A program made the translations under genes and the position numbers. DNA of 64,000 nt from Eledone cirrhosa (taxonomy: Eukaryota). Of the stretch, positions 35,601-48,995 are shown piece after piece; position 1 is the stretch's first letter; every line of letters starts with the position of its first letter. Location: NCBI GenBank assembly GCA_964016885.1, contig OZ024740.1, positions 9,052,001 through 9,116,000 of the forward strand, in the 5' to 3' direction. The notes under the pieces were generated by a model that was given only the letters and a program-made list of their open reading frames with translations, had not been told where the DNA came from and ran no database searches.

Positions 35601-38600
35601 CAGTTTCTATTAGTATATCGGTTTCGATTAGTATGTCAGTTTCGATTAGTATATTAGTTTCTATTGGTATATCAGTTTATATTGGTATGTCAGTTTCAAT
35701 TGGTATGTCAGTTTCTATTGGTACATCAGTTTCGATTGGTATGTCAGTTTCTATTGGTATATAAGTTTCAATTGGTATGTTAATTGCTATTGGTATATCA
35801 GTTTCGATTGGTATGTCAGTTTCGATTAGTATATTAGTTTCTATTGGTATATCAGTTTCGATTGGTTTGTCATTTTCTATTGGTATGTCAGTTCCGATTG
35901 GTATGTTAGTCCTCGATTTGTATGTCAGTTTCTATTGGTATATCAGTTTCGATTGGTATGTCAGTTTCAATTAGGATATCAGTTTCTATTGGTATATCAG
36001 TTTCTATTGGTATATCAGTTTCGATTGGTATATCAGATTCGACTGGTATGTCAGTTTCGATTGGTATGTCAGTTTCGATTGGTATATCAGTTTCGATTGG
36101 TATGTCAGTTTCGATTAGTATATCAGTTCCTATATGTGTCAGTTTCTATTGGTATATCAGTTTCGATTGGTATGTAAGTTTCTATTGGTATATCAGTTTC
36201 GATTGGTATGTCAGTTTCGATTAGTATATCAGTTTCTATTGGTACGTCAGTTTCTATTGGTACGTCAGTATCTATTGGTATATCAGTTTCGATTGGTATA
36301 TCAGTTTCGATTTGTATGTCAATTTCGAATAGTATGTCAGTTTCAATTGGTATATCAGATTCGACTGGTATATCACTTTCTATTGCTATATCAGTTTCTA
36401 TTGGTATGTCAGTTTCAATTTGTATGTCAGTTTCTATTGGTATATCAGTTTTGATTGGTATGTCAGTTTCTATTGGCATGTCAGTCTCTATTGGTATATC
36501 AGTTTCGATTGGTATGTAAGTTTCTATTGGTATATCAATTTCTATTGGTATATCAGTTTCGATTGTTATGTCAGTTCCGATCGCTATGTCAGTTTAGATT
36601 GGTATGTCAGATTCAATTGGTATATCAGTTTGAGTATGGTATTTCAATCTCGATTGGTATGTCTTTTTCGATTGGTATATCAGTATCGATTAGTATGTCA
36701 GTTTCTATTGGTATGTCAGTTTCGATTGGTATATCAGTTTCTATTGGTATGTCAGTCTCTATTGGTATGTTAGTTTCTATTGGTATGTCAGTTTCGATTA
36801 GAATATCAGTTTAGATTGGTATGTCAGTTTCTATTGGTATGTCCGTTTCGATTGGTATGTCAGTTTCGATTTGTATGTTTGTTTCGATTGCTATGTCAGT
36901 TTCGATTGGTATGTCAGTGTCGATTGGTATATCAGTTTTGAATGGTAATTCAATCTCGATTGGTATGTTAGTTTCTATTGGTATGTCAGTTTCGATTTGT
37001 ATGTCAGTCCTCGATTTGTATGTCAGTTTCTATTGGTATATCAATTTCGATTGGTATATCAGTTTCTATTGCTATATCAGTTTCTATTGGTATATCAGTT
37101 TCGATTGGTATATCAGTTTCTATTGCTATATCAGTTTCTATTGGTATATCAGTTTCGATTGGTATGTCAGTTTCTATTGGTATGTCAGTTTCGAGTATTA
37201 TATCAGTTATTATTGGTATGTCAGTTTCGATTGGTATGTCAGTTTCGATTGTTATGTCAGTCTCTATTGGTATATCAGTTTCGATTGGTATGTCAGTTTC
37301 GATTAGTATATCAGTTCCTACAGGTGTCAGTTTCTATTGGTATATCAATTTCGATTGGTATGTAAGTTTCTATTGGTATATCAGTTTCGATTGGTATGTC
37401 AGTTTCTATTAGTATATTAGTTTCTATTGGTATGTCAGTCTCTATTGGTATATCAGTTTCTATTGGTATGTCAGTTTCTATTGGTATATCAGTTTCCATT
37501 GGTATATCAGTTTCTATTGGTATGTCAGTTTCTATTGGTATATCAGTTTCTATTGGTATGTCAGTTACGATTGGTATGTCAGTTTCGATTAGTATATCAG
37601 TTTCTATCTGTATGTCAGTTTCAATTGGTATATCAGTTTCGATTGGTATATCAGTTTCGATTTGCATGTAGGTTTCTATTGGTATGTCAGTTTCGATTAG
37701 TATATCAGTTTATATTGGTATGTCAGTTTCGATTGGTATGTTTGTCCTCTATTTGTATGTCAGTTTCTATTGGTATATCAGTTTCGATTGGTATGTCAGT
37801 TTCGATTAGTATATCAGTTTCTATCTGTATGTCAGTTTCTATTTGTATATCAATTTCTATTGCTATATCACTTTCTATTGGTATGTCAGTTTCAATTGGT
37901 ATGTCAGTTTCTATTGGTATATCAGTTTCGATTGGTATGTCAGTTTCTATTGGTATATCAGTTTCAATTGGTATGATAATTTCTATTGGTATATTAGTTT
38001 CTATTGGTATATCAGTTTCGATTGGTTTGTCATTTTCTATTGGTATGTCAGTTCCGATTGGTATGTTAGTCCTCGATTTGTATGTCAGTTTCTATTGGTA
38101 TATCAGTTTCTATTCGTATATCAGTTGCGATTGGTATGTCAGTTTCAATTGGTATTTCAGTTTCGATTGTTATGTCAGTCTCTATTGGTATATCAGTTTC
38201 GATTGGTATGTCAGTTTCGATTAGTATATCAGTTCCTATAGGTGTCAGTTTCTATTGGTATATCAGATTCGACTGGTATATCACTTTCTATTGCTATATC
38301 AGTTTCTATTGGTATGTCAGTTTCAATTTGTATGTCAGTTTCTATTGGTATATCAGTTTCGATTGGTATGTCAGTTTCTATTGGTATGTCAGTTTCTATT
38401 AGTATATTAGTTTCTATTGGTATGTCAGTCTCTATTAGGTATATCAGTTTCGATTGGTATATCAGTTTCGATTGGTATATCAGTTTCTATTGGTATATCA
38501 GTTTCGATTGGTATGTCAGTTTCGATTGGTTTATCAGTTTCGATTGGTATATCAGTTTCGATTGGTATGTCAGTTTCGATTGGTATATCAGTTTCTACTG

Positions 38601-41600
38601 GAATATCAATTTCGATTGGTATATCACTTTCGATTGGTATATCAGTTTCGATTGGTATCTCAGTTTCTATTGGTATATCAGATGCGATTGGTATGTCAGT
38701 TTCGATTGGTATGTCAGTTTCGATTGTTATGTCAGTCTCTATTGGTATATCAGTTTCGATTGTTATGTCAGTTTCGATTGGTATATCAGTTTCTACTGGA
38801 ATATCAATTTCGATTGGTATGTCAGTTTCGATTGGTATGTCAGTTTCGATTAGCATATCAGTTTCTATTGGTATGTCAGTTTCTATTGGTATATCATTTT
38901 CGATTGGCATATCAGTTTCTATTGGTATATCAGTTTCGATTGGTATGTCAGTTTGTATTGGTATATCAGTTGCGATTGGTATTCAGTTTCTATTGGTATG
39001 TCAGTTTCGATTATTATATCAGTTACTATTTGTATGTCAGTTTCTATTGGTATATCAGTTTCATTTGGTATGTAAGTCTCTATTGGTATATCAGTTTCGA
39101 TTAGTATATCAGTTCCTATAGGTGTCAGTTTCTATTGGTATATCAGTTTCGATTGGTATGTAAGTTTCTATTGGTATATCAGTTTCGATTGGTATGTCAG
39201 TTTCGATTAGTATATCAGTTTCTATTGGTACGTCAGTTTCTATTAGTATATCAGTTTCGATTGGTATATCAGTTTCGATTGGTATATCAATTTCTATTGC
39301 TATATCACTTTCTATTGGTATATCAGTTTCGTTTGGTATCTCAGTTTCTATTGGTATGTCAGTTTCGATTGGTATGTCAGTTTCTATTGGTGTGACAGTT
39401 TCGATTGGTATGTCAGTTTCGATTGGTATGTCAGTTTCTATTGGTATGTCAGTTTCAATGAGTATATCAGTTTCTATTGGTATGTCAGTTTCGATTTGTA
39501 TATCAGTTTCGATTGGTATGTCAGTGTCAATTGCTACATCAGTTTCGATTGGTGTGACAGTTTCGATTAGTATATCAGTTTCTATTGGTATGTCAGTTTC
39601 TATTGGTATATCAGTTTTGATTGGTATATTAGTATCGATTGGTATGTCAATTTCGATTGGTATGTCAGTTTCGATTGGTATATCAGTTTCGAATGTTATT
39701 GCAATCTCGATTGGTATGTCAATTTCGATTGGTATATCAGTTTTGATTAGTATATCAGTCTCTATTGGTATATCAGTTTCGATTGGTATATCAGTTTCTA
39801 TTGGTATGTCAGTTTCTATTAGTATATCAGTTTTGATTGGTATATCAGTTTCGATTAGTATATCAGTTTCGATTGGTATGTCAGTTTCGATTAGTATATC
39901 AGTTTGTATTGGTATGTCAGTTTCTATTGGTATATCAGTTTCGATTGGTATATCAGTTTCGATTGGTATGTCAATTTCGATTGGTTTGTCAGTTTTGATT
40001 GGTATATCAGATTTGACTGGTATATTACTTTGTATTGCTATATCAATTTCTATTGGTATGTCAGTTTCAATTGGTATGTCAGTTTCTATTGGTATATCAG
40101 TTTTGATTGATATGTCAGTTTTTATTGGTATGTCAGTTTCTATTAGTATATCAGTTTCTATTGATATGTCAGTCTCTATTGGTATATCAGTTTCGATTGG
40201 TATGTCAGTTTCGATTGGTATATCAGTTTCGATTGGTACGTCAGTTTCGATTGGTATGTCAGTTTCTATTGGTATATCAGTTTCGATTGGTATATCAGTT
40301 TCGAGTAGTATATCAGTTTCTATTGGTATATCTGTTTCGATTGGTATGTCAGTTTCTATTGGTATGTTTGTTTCGATTAGTATATCAGTTTCTATTGGTA
40401 TGTCAGTATCTATTGGTATATCAGTTTCGATTGGTATATCAGTTTCTATTGGTATATCAGTTTCGATTGGTATGTCAGTTTCGATTGCTATGTCAGTTTC
40501 GATTGGTATGTCAGTTTTGATTGGTATATCAGTTTCGAATGGTATTTCAATCTCGCTTGGTATGTCAGCTTCGATTGGTATATCAGTTTCGATTGGTATA
40601 TCAGTTTCGATTGGTATGTTAGTTTCTATTGGTATGTCAGTTTCGATTAGTATATCAGTTTCTATTGGTATGTCAGTTTCGATTGGTATGTTAATCCTCT
40701 ATTTGTATGTCAGTTTCTATTGGTATGTCAGTTTCAATTGGTATGTCACTTTTAATTGGTATGTCAGTTTCTATTGGTATATCAGTTTCGATTGGTATGT
40801 CAGTTTCTATTGGTATATCAGTTTCAATTGGTATGTTAGTTTCTATTGGTATATCAGTTTCGATTGGTATATCAGTTTCTATTGGTATATCAGTTTCGAT
40901 TGGTATGTCAGTTTCGATTGGTATATCAGTTTCGAGTGGTATGTCAGTTTCGATTGGTATGTCAGTTTCGATTGCTATGTCAGTTTCTATTGGTATGTCA
41001 GTTTCTATTGTTAGATCAGTTTTGAATGGTATTTCAATCTCGATTGGTATGTTAGTTTCTATTGGAACGTCAGTTTCGATTAGTATATCAGCTTCTATTG
41101 GTATGTCAGTTCCGATTGGTATGTTAGTCCTCGATTTGTATGTCTGTTTCTATTGGTATATCAGTTTCGATTGGTATGTCAGTTTCAATTAGGATATCAG
41201 TTTCTATTTGTATATCAGTTTCGATTGGCATATCAGTTTCTATTGGTATATCAGTTTTGACTGGTATGTCAATTTCTATTGTTATATCAGTTGTGATTGG
41301 TATGTCAGTTTCTATTCGTATGTCAGTTTCTATTGGTATGTCAGTTTCAATTGGTATGTCAGTTTCGATTGTTATGTCAGTCTCTATTGGTATATCAGTT
41401 TCGATTGGTATGTCAGTTTCGATTAGTATATCAGTTCCTATAGGTGTCAGTTTCTATTGGTATATCAGTTTCGATTGGTATGTCAGTTTCGATTAGTATA
41501 TCAGTTTCTATTGGTACGTCAGTTTCTATTTGTATATCAGTTTCGATTGGTATATCAGTTTCAATTGGTATGTCAGTTAATATTGGTATGTCAGTTTCGA

Positions 41601-44278
41601 TTGGTATATCAGTTTCGATTGGTATGTCAGTTTCTATTGGTATGTCAGTTTCTATTAGTATATTAGTTGCTATTGGTATGTCAGTCTCTATTGGTATATC
41701 AGTTTCGATTGGTATGTAAGTTTCTATTGGTATATCAGTTTCGATTGATATGTCAGTTTCGATTTTTATATCAGTTTCTATTGGTATGTCAGTTTCGATT
41801 GGTATATCAGTTTCGATTGGTATATCAGTTTCGATTTGTATGTCAATTTCGATTGGTATGACAGTTTCGATTGGTATATCAGTTTCTATTGGTATATCAG
41901 TTTTAATTGGTATGTTAGTTTCTATTGGTATGTCAGTTTCGATTAGTATATCAGCTTCTATTGGTATGTCTGTTTTATTGGTATGTTAGTCCTCGATTTG
42001 TATGTCAGTTTCTATTGGTATATCAGTTTCGATTGATATGTCAGTTTCAATTAGTACATCAGTTTCTATTGGTATATCACTTTCTATTGCTATATCAGTT
42101 TCTATTGGTATGTCAGTTTCAATTGGTATGTCAGTTTCTATTGGTATGTCAGTTTCGATGTGTATATCAGTTTCTATTGATATGTCAGTCTCTATTGGTA
42201 TATCAGTTTCGATTGGTATGTCAGTTTCGATTGGTATATCAGTTTCGACTGGTATGTCAGTTTCGATTGGTATATCAGTTTTGAATGGTATTTCAATCTC
42301 GATTGGTATGTCAGTTTCGTTCGGTATGTTAGTCCTCGATTTGTATGTTAGTTTCTATTGGTATATCAGTTTCGATTGGTATGTCAGTTTCAATTGGTAT
42401 GTCAATTTCGATTGGTATGTCAGTTTCGATTGGTATATAAGTTTCTATTGCTATATCAGTTTCTATTGGTATATCAGTGTCGATTGGTATGTCAGTTTCT
42501 ATGAGTATATCAGTTTCAATTGGTATGTCAATTTCTATTGGTATGTCATTGGTATATCAGTTTCGAATGGTATGTCTGACTTGATTGGTATATCAGTTTC
42601 TATTGGTATATCAGTTTCGATTGGTATGTCAGTTTCTATTGGTATATCAGTTTCGATTAGTATGTCAGTTTCTATTGCTATATGAGTTTCGATTGGTATA
42701 TCAGTTTCTATTGGTATGTCATTGGTATATCAGTTTCGAATGGTACGTCAGACTCGATTGGTATATCAGTTTCGATTGGTATATCAGTTTCGATTGGTAT
42801 CTCAGTTTCTATTGGTATATCAGTTTCTATTGGTATGTCCGTTTTGATGGGTATGTCAGTTTCTATAGGCATATCAGTTTTGATTGTTATGTTAGGTTCT
42901 ATTGGTATGTCAGTTTCGATTAGTATGTCAGTTTCGATTGGTATGTCAGTCCTCGAGTTGTATGTCAGTTTCTATTGGTATATCAGTTTCGATTTTATGT
43001 CAGTTTCGATTAGTATATCAGTTTCTATTGGTATGTCATTTTCTATTGGTATGTCAGTTTTGATTGGTATATCAGATTCGACAGGTATATCACTTTCTAT
43101 TGCTATATCAGTTTCTATTGGTATGTCAGTTTCAATTCGTATGTCAGTTTCTATTGGTATATCAGTTTTGATTGGTATGTCAGTTTCGATTGGTATATCA
43201 GTTTCGATTGGTATATCAGTTTCGATTGGTATGTTAGTTTCTATTGGTATGTCAGTTTCGATTAGTATATTAGTTTCTATTGGTATGTCAGTTTCGATTG
43301 GTATGTTAGTCCTCTATTCGTATGTCAGTTTCTATTGGTATATCAGTTTCCATTGGTATGTCAGTTTCGATTAGTATATCAGTTTCTATCTGTATGTCAG
43401 TTTCTATTGGTATATCAATTTCTATTGCTATATCAGTTTCTATTGGTACATCAGTTTCAATTGGTATGTCAGTTTCTATTGGTATATCAGTTTCAATTGG
43501 TATGTTAGTTTCTATTGGTATATCAGTTTCTATTGGTATATCAGTTTCGATTGGTTTGTCAGTTTCTATTGGTATATCAGTTTCAATTGGTATGTTAGTT
43601 TCTATTGGTATATCAGATTCGATTAGTATGTCAGTTTCGATTAGTATATTAGTTTCTATTGGTATATCAGTTTCGATTGGTATATCAGTTTCTTTTGGTA
43701 TATCAGTTTCGATTGGTATGTCAGTTTCGATTGGTATGTCAGTTTCGATTGCTATGTCAGTTTCGATTGCTATGTCAGTTTCGATTGGTATGTCAGTTTC
43801 GATTGGTATATCAGTTTTGAATGGTATTTCAATCTCGATTGGTATGTTAGTTTCTATTGGTATGTCAATTTTGATTAGTATATCAGCTTCTATTGGTATG
43901 TCAGTTCCGATTGGTATGTTAGTCCTCGATTTGTATGTCAGTTTCTATTGGTATATCAGTTTCGATTGGTATGTCAGTTTCAATTGTTATATCAGTTGCG
44001 ATTGGTATGTCAGTTTCCATTGGTATGTCAGTTTCGATTATTATATCAGTTACTATTGGTATGTCAGTTTCGATTGGTATGTCAGTTTCGATTGTTATGT
44101 CAGTCTCTATTGGTATATAAGTTTCGATTGGTATGTCAGTTTCGATTAGTATATCAGTTCCTATATTTGTCAGTTTCTATTGGTATATCAGTTTCGATTG
44201 GTATGTCAGTTTCGATTAGTATATCAGTTTCTATTGGTACGTCAGTTTCTATTTGTATATCAGTTTCGTTTGGTATAT

Positions 44279-47200
44279 ATATATTTTTCTTGGGCTCTGC
44301 TAGAGTCAGCAGCAACACACAACCACGTGTTGCTACACACACACAAGAGGAAAGAGAAAAAAAAAAAAAAAAAAATTTAAAATTTATGAGACCAATAGAG
44401 ATATGTACATTTATATATTTATATCTAGATATTGCTATCATCATTTACAGTCCCTCTGTGTTTAATGTATGTTCATTAGTATATGTGTTGTTATCTCTGC
44501 TTGCATTTTGCATATATACATATATATATCTATATATATGCTTGCGTGACCCCTCTCAAAAATTTGTTGGATTTTCTAATTGGATACCCCAACACTGGAT
44601 ACCAACACTGAATACACCTGAACTTCTACCAGGAAATCTTTCGTTGTCATTTCTGCTTGCATTTTACATATATAGATATATATATCAATGGTTGCGTGGA
44701 CCCCTCTTAAAGATTCGTTGGATTTTCTAATTGGATACCCCGAAACTGGATACCAATCACTGAATACACCTGAACTTCTACCAGGAAATCTTTCATATCA
44801 GTGAAAATTTTCTTTTCTTTGCTTCATATATATATATTATATATACTTGTCCGCCATTGCAAAAGGCCATAAATTCAAAATTTTGAAGAGAGAGGAAAAG
44901 AGAGAAGTGATCTATGAACTTGTAACATCTCACTTACCCCCCCCCCCCCCCCGTCACCACAATAACAATAACGCCTACACTCGCTCCCCACCATCACCAC
45001 ATTACTCTAAGGTCGCTGTCCTGTCCCCTGTTGACATACTGCTGACTATCTTTTGATGTATGTATGTGTATATACATATGTGTATGTGTGTGTATATGTA
45101 TATCTCTGTGGATGCGACCAGATTTCAACACAGCAACAACTACAACAACAACAGCAGCAACACCAACAACAACAACAACAGCAACAACACCATCGTCTGT
45201 GTTGAATGTGTGTGTATGTATTTGTATATATGCGACAGCAATAACAGCATCAACACCATTGTCTGCAGCAACAGCAGCAGTGAAATGAAGGACAACAACA
45301 ACAGTAACAACTACAATAACAACTACAGCACCAACAACTGTCACCACCATCACTGACCATCCACCACCACCACGCTGATACCATCCACCACCACCACACT
45401 GACACCATCCACCACCGCCATTACCAGCGTAAACAAACAATTATTATTGTTATTGTTATTATATACAAGCCGAACTGGACTGGGAAAGGTCAACAGTTGA
45501 CATGATAGTGATTTTGACGATTTTGACTTTGATTTTGATTTTGTATCAGTACTGTCGGTAATATATGTATATATATATATGTGTTTGTGAGTTGTGTGTG
45601 TGATTGTATTCATGAATGAGTGTTGGTATGTGTGGTTGTGGTTTGTATGCATGAGTATTAGTGTGTGAGTCGTGTCAATAAGTTTTTTTTTTTTTTTTTT
45701 TTTTTTTAATGACCATGCTGTAAAATGGAGGGGTAGAGAGGGCCCTTGAGTCTAGTAAGACATCCTCACTAGTGCTGGTGGCACAAATAAAAGCACCCAG
45801 TCCATGCTGTAAAGTGGCGCTGGTGTTAGGAAGGGCATCCAACCAGTGTATCAATGCCAAAAAGCTTATCAGCACAGCAACAAAACAGCATAGAAAAAAA
45901 ATATGAAGACGTCGCATCTCAGAGTTGCAACACTTAATGTTGGCACTCTCAGAGGTAGATCTGCTGAAATAGCGGAGATGCTGGAGAGAAGGCAGGTGGA
46001 TGTGTGCTGCGTGCAAGAGGTGAGATGGAGAGGTGCCTCTGCGAGACTAGTCGTAGGCAAGCGTCTTAGCTATAAGCTATTCTGGGTAGGTAAGGATGAT
46101 GGGTTAGGGGGAGTAGGCATTTTCCTGGCTGAGAAATGGATCAATAAGACAATAGAGGTAGTTCGAGTTAGTAATCGAATAATTAAGCTGAGATTAGTTG
46201 TAGGTAGGAGACTACTGACAATCATCTCGGTCTATGCTCCCCAAGCAGGCCTAGGCAAAGATGAGAAAGACTGCTTTTATGAGCAACTTTTGCAAACAAC
46301 CACAATGACAGAGGACGGAGACATCGTTATGCTAGCAGGAGACTTCAATGGTCATGTTGGACAGCTCCAGGATGGTTACACTGGGGTACATGGTGGGCAT
46401 GGTTACGGTTCAAGAAATGAAGAAGGAGTGAGACTTCTTGAATTTTGTGATGCAAGTACATTGACTATTTGCAACACAAACTTCCAGAAACCTGCCAATC
46501 ACCTAATAACCTACAAATCTGGTGAGCACATAAGCCAGATTGACTTCCTGCTAGTTAGGCAGCGGGACAGGCAGATAGTGTCTAATACCAAGGCATACCC
46601 TGGGGAAGAATGTACCCCACAGCATAGGTTAGTTGTTAGTGATATCTCAGTAAGCAAGAGATGGAATGAGACATATAGGAAGGTGTGGAGAAGAAAGGTC
46701 TGGAAGCTAAAAGACCTTTCACTAAAATTCAAATTTAGGAAAGCCCTTCAAGATGTATATGACGAAAAAGAAGACGATTTAGAGACGTATGACATAGATA
46801 ATAACTGGAAGTTCTTACGTGACAACTTGCTGAAGGCTACTGATGAAACCTGTGGCTGGAGCCGAGCTCCAACCAGACAGAGAGTGACCTGGTGGTGGAA
46901 CAGCAGTGTAGATAAGGCTATTAGAGACAAAAGACTAGCATGGAAGGCTTGGAATAAGGGTGGGAGTAGGGAAGAATATACAGCCACTAAGAGAGAAGCT
47001 AGACGTCAGGTGTACTTAGCACGCAGGGAGGCAGAGAGTAGGAGGTTTGCCAATGTTCTGCGACGGGAAGATCAGAGGCGTGCGGTGTTCCACATTGCAA
47101 GGCAGTGTGTCAATGCAAATCAGGATGTTGTTGGTGATAAATGTGTCCGGGATGATGCCGGTGTACTTAGTGTCACGAATGACCAGAAAAAGGAGGCCTG

Positions 47201-48995
47201 GAAATGTCATTATGAGAGACTGATGAATGTGGAGAACGAATGGGAGAGAGAGAAATTACTCTTGGTAGATCCGACAGAGGGACCAGCTATTGAGATTGAC
47301 GAATATAGGGTCCAAGAGGCGATTAGGGAAATGAAAAATGGTAAGGCGGCCGGACCATCGGGAATAGTTGCTGAGATGCTGAAGGCATCAGGGGACGTAG
47401 GCACTAAACTGGTTGCACGCATAATCAATCAGGCTATATATGGTGGTGTCATACCCAAAGACTGGTGCAGCAGTATTCTCATAAATTGCTACAAAGGTAA
47501 AGGGGATGCTTTGGAGAGGAGCAATTATAGGGGTATAAAACTGATAGATCAGGTTATGAAAGTGGCAGAAAGGATTTTAGCACAACTAATTAGAGAAAGG
47601 GTCAAACTAGATGAGATGCAGTTTGGTTTTGTGCCTGGGAAGAGTACAACAGATGCCCTCTTCTTGGTGAGACAAATGCAAGAGAGGTTCTTAGAGAAGA
47701 ATAAGCCACTATACTTGGCCTTTGTTGACCTAGAGAAGGCCTTTGATAGGGTACCCCGATCTGTCATCTGGTGGTCCCTAAGGAAGATGGGTGTTGAGGA
47801 ATGGCTTGTAAGGACAGTGCAAACTTTGTACAGAGGTACTCTCAGTAAAGTCAGGGTAGGAATGGAGTTTAGTGAGGAATTCCAGATACAAGTAGGAGTA
47901 CATCAGGGTTCGGTCCTCAGCCCGCTCTTGTTCATTATAGTCCTCCAAGCCATAACAGAGGAGTTTAAGACTGGCTGTCCATGGGAACTTCTCTATGCTG
48001 ACGATCTGGCTCTTATGGCAGAATCAGTAGAGGAGCTAGAGAATAAATTCCGGCTATGGAAACAGCAGTTGGAAGCAAGAGGACTGAGAGTAAATCTAGC
48101 TAAGACAAAAGTGTTGATGAGTAGAAAAGAGGACAAAACCCTGATTCCGTCAGGGAAATGGCCATGTTCGATATGCAGAAAAGGAACTGGCATAAATTCT
48201 ATAAAATGCACACAATGTAGGTCCTGGGTACACAAGAGATGTAGCGGGATAGCAGGCAAACTAACAGGTAGGGAGAACTATGTATGCAGTAGATGTACAG
48301 GGAAATTAGACAGTAGAAGTCGCACTGATAGACACATTTTTCAAATGCGAGAGGGCGCTATAGAAGTGGTGGATAGCTTCCGGTACCTAGGAGATCAGAT
48401 TAGCATGGGAGGAGGGTGTTCCGAGGCCATAGTATCTAGAATAAGGACGGGTTGGAAGAAGTTTAGGGAGCTGCTTCCTCTGTTGACGAAGAAGGGTTTC
48501 TCCCTGCGTACGAAAGGCTGGTTGTATGATGCCTGTGTGAGGAGCGCGATGCTGCATGGTAGTGAGACATGGGCAGCTACCGCAGAAGATATGCGACGGC
48601 TGGAGAGAAATGAGGCAAGCATGCTCCGTTGGATGTGCAGTGTAAATGTGCGTGAACGACCCAGCATAAATGTGTTGAGAGAGAAACTGTGTCTGAGAGG
48701 GATAGAATGTAGTGTACGGGAGAGGAGACTGAGGTGGTATGGACATGTGATGCGCATGGAGGATGACCGATGGGTGAAGAAGTGCCAGGAAATGCCAGTT
48801 GAAGGAAGACGTGGTAGAGGTAGACCACGAAAAACATGGGCGGAGGTGGTGAGAACAGACCTCAGATCATTGAAGCTCACGGTGGAGATGACGAGGGACC
48901 GTCACGAGTGGAGAGATGCTGTGCTGAATAAGACCCGTCCCACCCTTGCAAGCAGGGAAAAGCGGACGTAAAATGATGATGATGATGATGATGAT
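44279..48995 (+). mobile_element. Second copy of the family C element (segmental duplicate)
   Basis: Same junctions as 28345-33057. Differences noticed: C12 vs C16 run in the leader, and C>T at 48519. Confidence 0.92.
45903..48971 (+). CDS. RTE-type polyprotein (1022 aa), duplicate; R>W change in KGRLYD
   Basis: Translation matches 29965-33033 except KGWLYD. Confidence 0.95.
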   Translation: MKTSHLRVATLNVGTLRGRSAEIAEMLERRQVDVCCVQEVRWRGASARLVVGKRLSYKLFWVGKDDGLGGVGIFLAEKWINKTIEVVRVSNRIIKLRLVVGRRLLTIISVYAPQAGLGKDEKDCFYEQLLQTTTMTEDGDIVMLAGDFNGHVGQLQDGYTGVHGGHGYGSRNEEGVRLLEFCDASTLTICNTNFQKPANHLITYKSGEHISQIDFLLVRQRDRQIVSNTKAYPGEECTPQHRLVVSDISVSKRWNETYRKVWRRKVWKLKDLSLKFKFRKALQDVYDEKEDDLETYDIDNNWKFLRDNLLKATDETCGWSRAPTRQRVTWWWNSSVDKAIRDKRLAWKAWNKGGSREEYTATKREARRQVYLARREAESRRFANVLRREDQRRAVFHIARQCVNANQDVVGDKCVRDDAGVLSVTNDQKKEAWKCHYERLMNVENEWEREKLLLVDPTEGPAIEIDEYRVQEAIREMKNGKAAGPSGIVAEMLKASGDVGTKLVARIINQAIYGGVIPKDWCSSILINCYKGKGDALERSNYRGIKLIDQVMKVAERILAQLIRERVKLDEMQFGFVPGKSTTDALFLVRQMQERFLEKNKPLYLAFVDLEKAFDRVPRSVIWWSLRKMGVEEWLVRTVQTLYRGTLSKVRVGMEFSEEFQIQVGVHQGSVLSPLLFIIVLQAITEEFKTGCPWELLYADDLALMAESVEELENKFRLWKQQLEARGLRVNLAKTKVLMSRKEDKTLIPSGKWPCSICRKGTGINSIKCTQCRSWVHKRCSGIAGKLTGRENYVCSRCTGKLDSRSRTDRHIFQMREGAIEVVDSFRYLGDQISMGGGCSEAIVSRIRTGWKKFRELLPLLTKKGFSLRTKGWLYDACVRSAMLHGSETWAATAEDMRRLERNEASMLRWMCSVNVRERPSINVLREKLCLRGIECSVRERRLRWYGHVMRMEDDRWVKKCQEMPVEGRRGRGRPRKTWAEVVRTDLRSLKLTVEMTRDRHEWRDAVLNKTRPTLASREKRT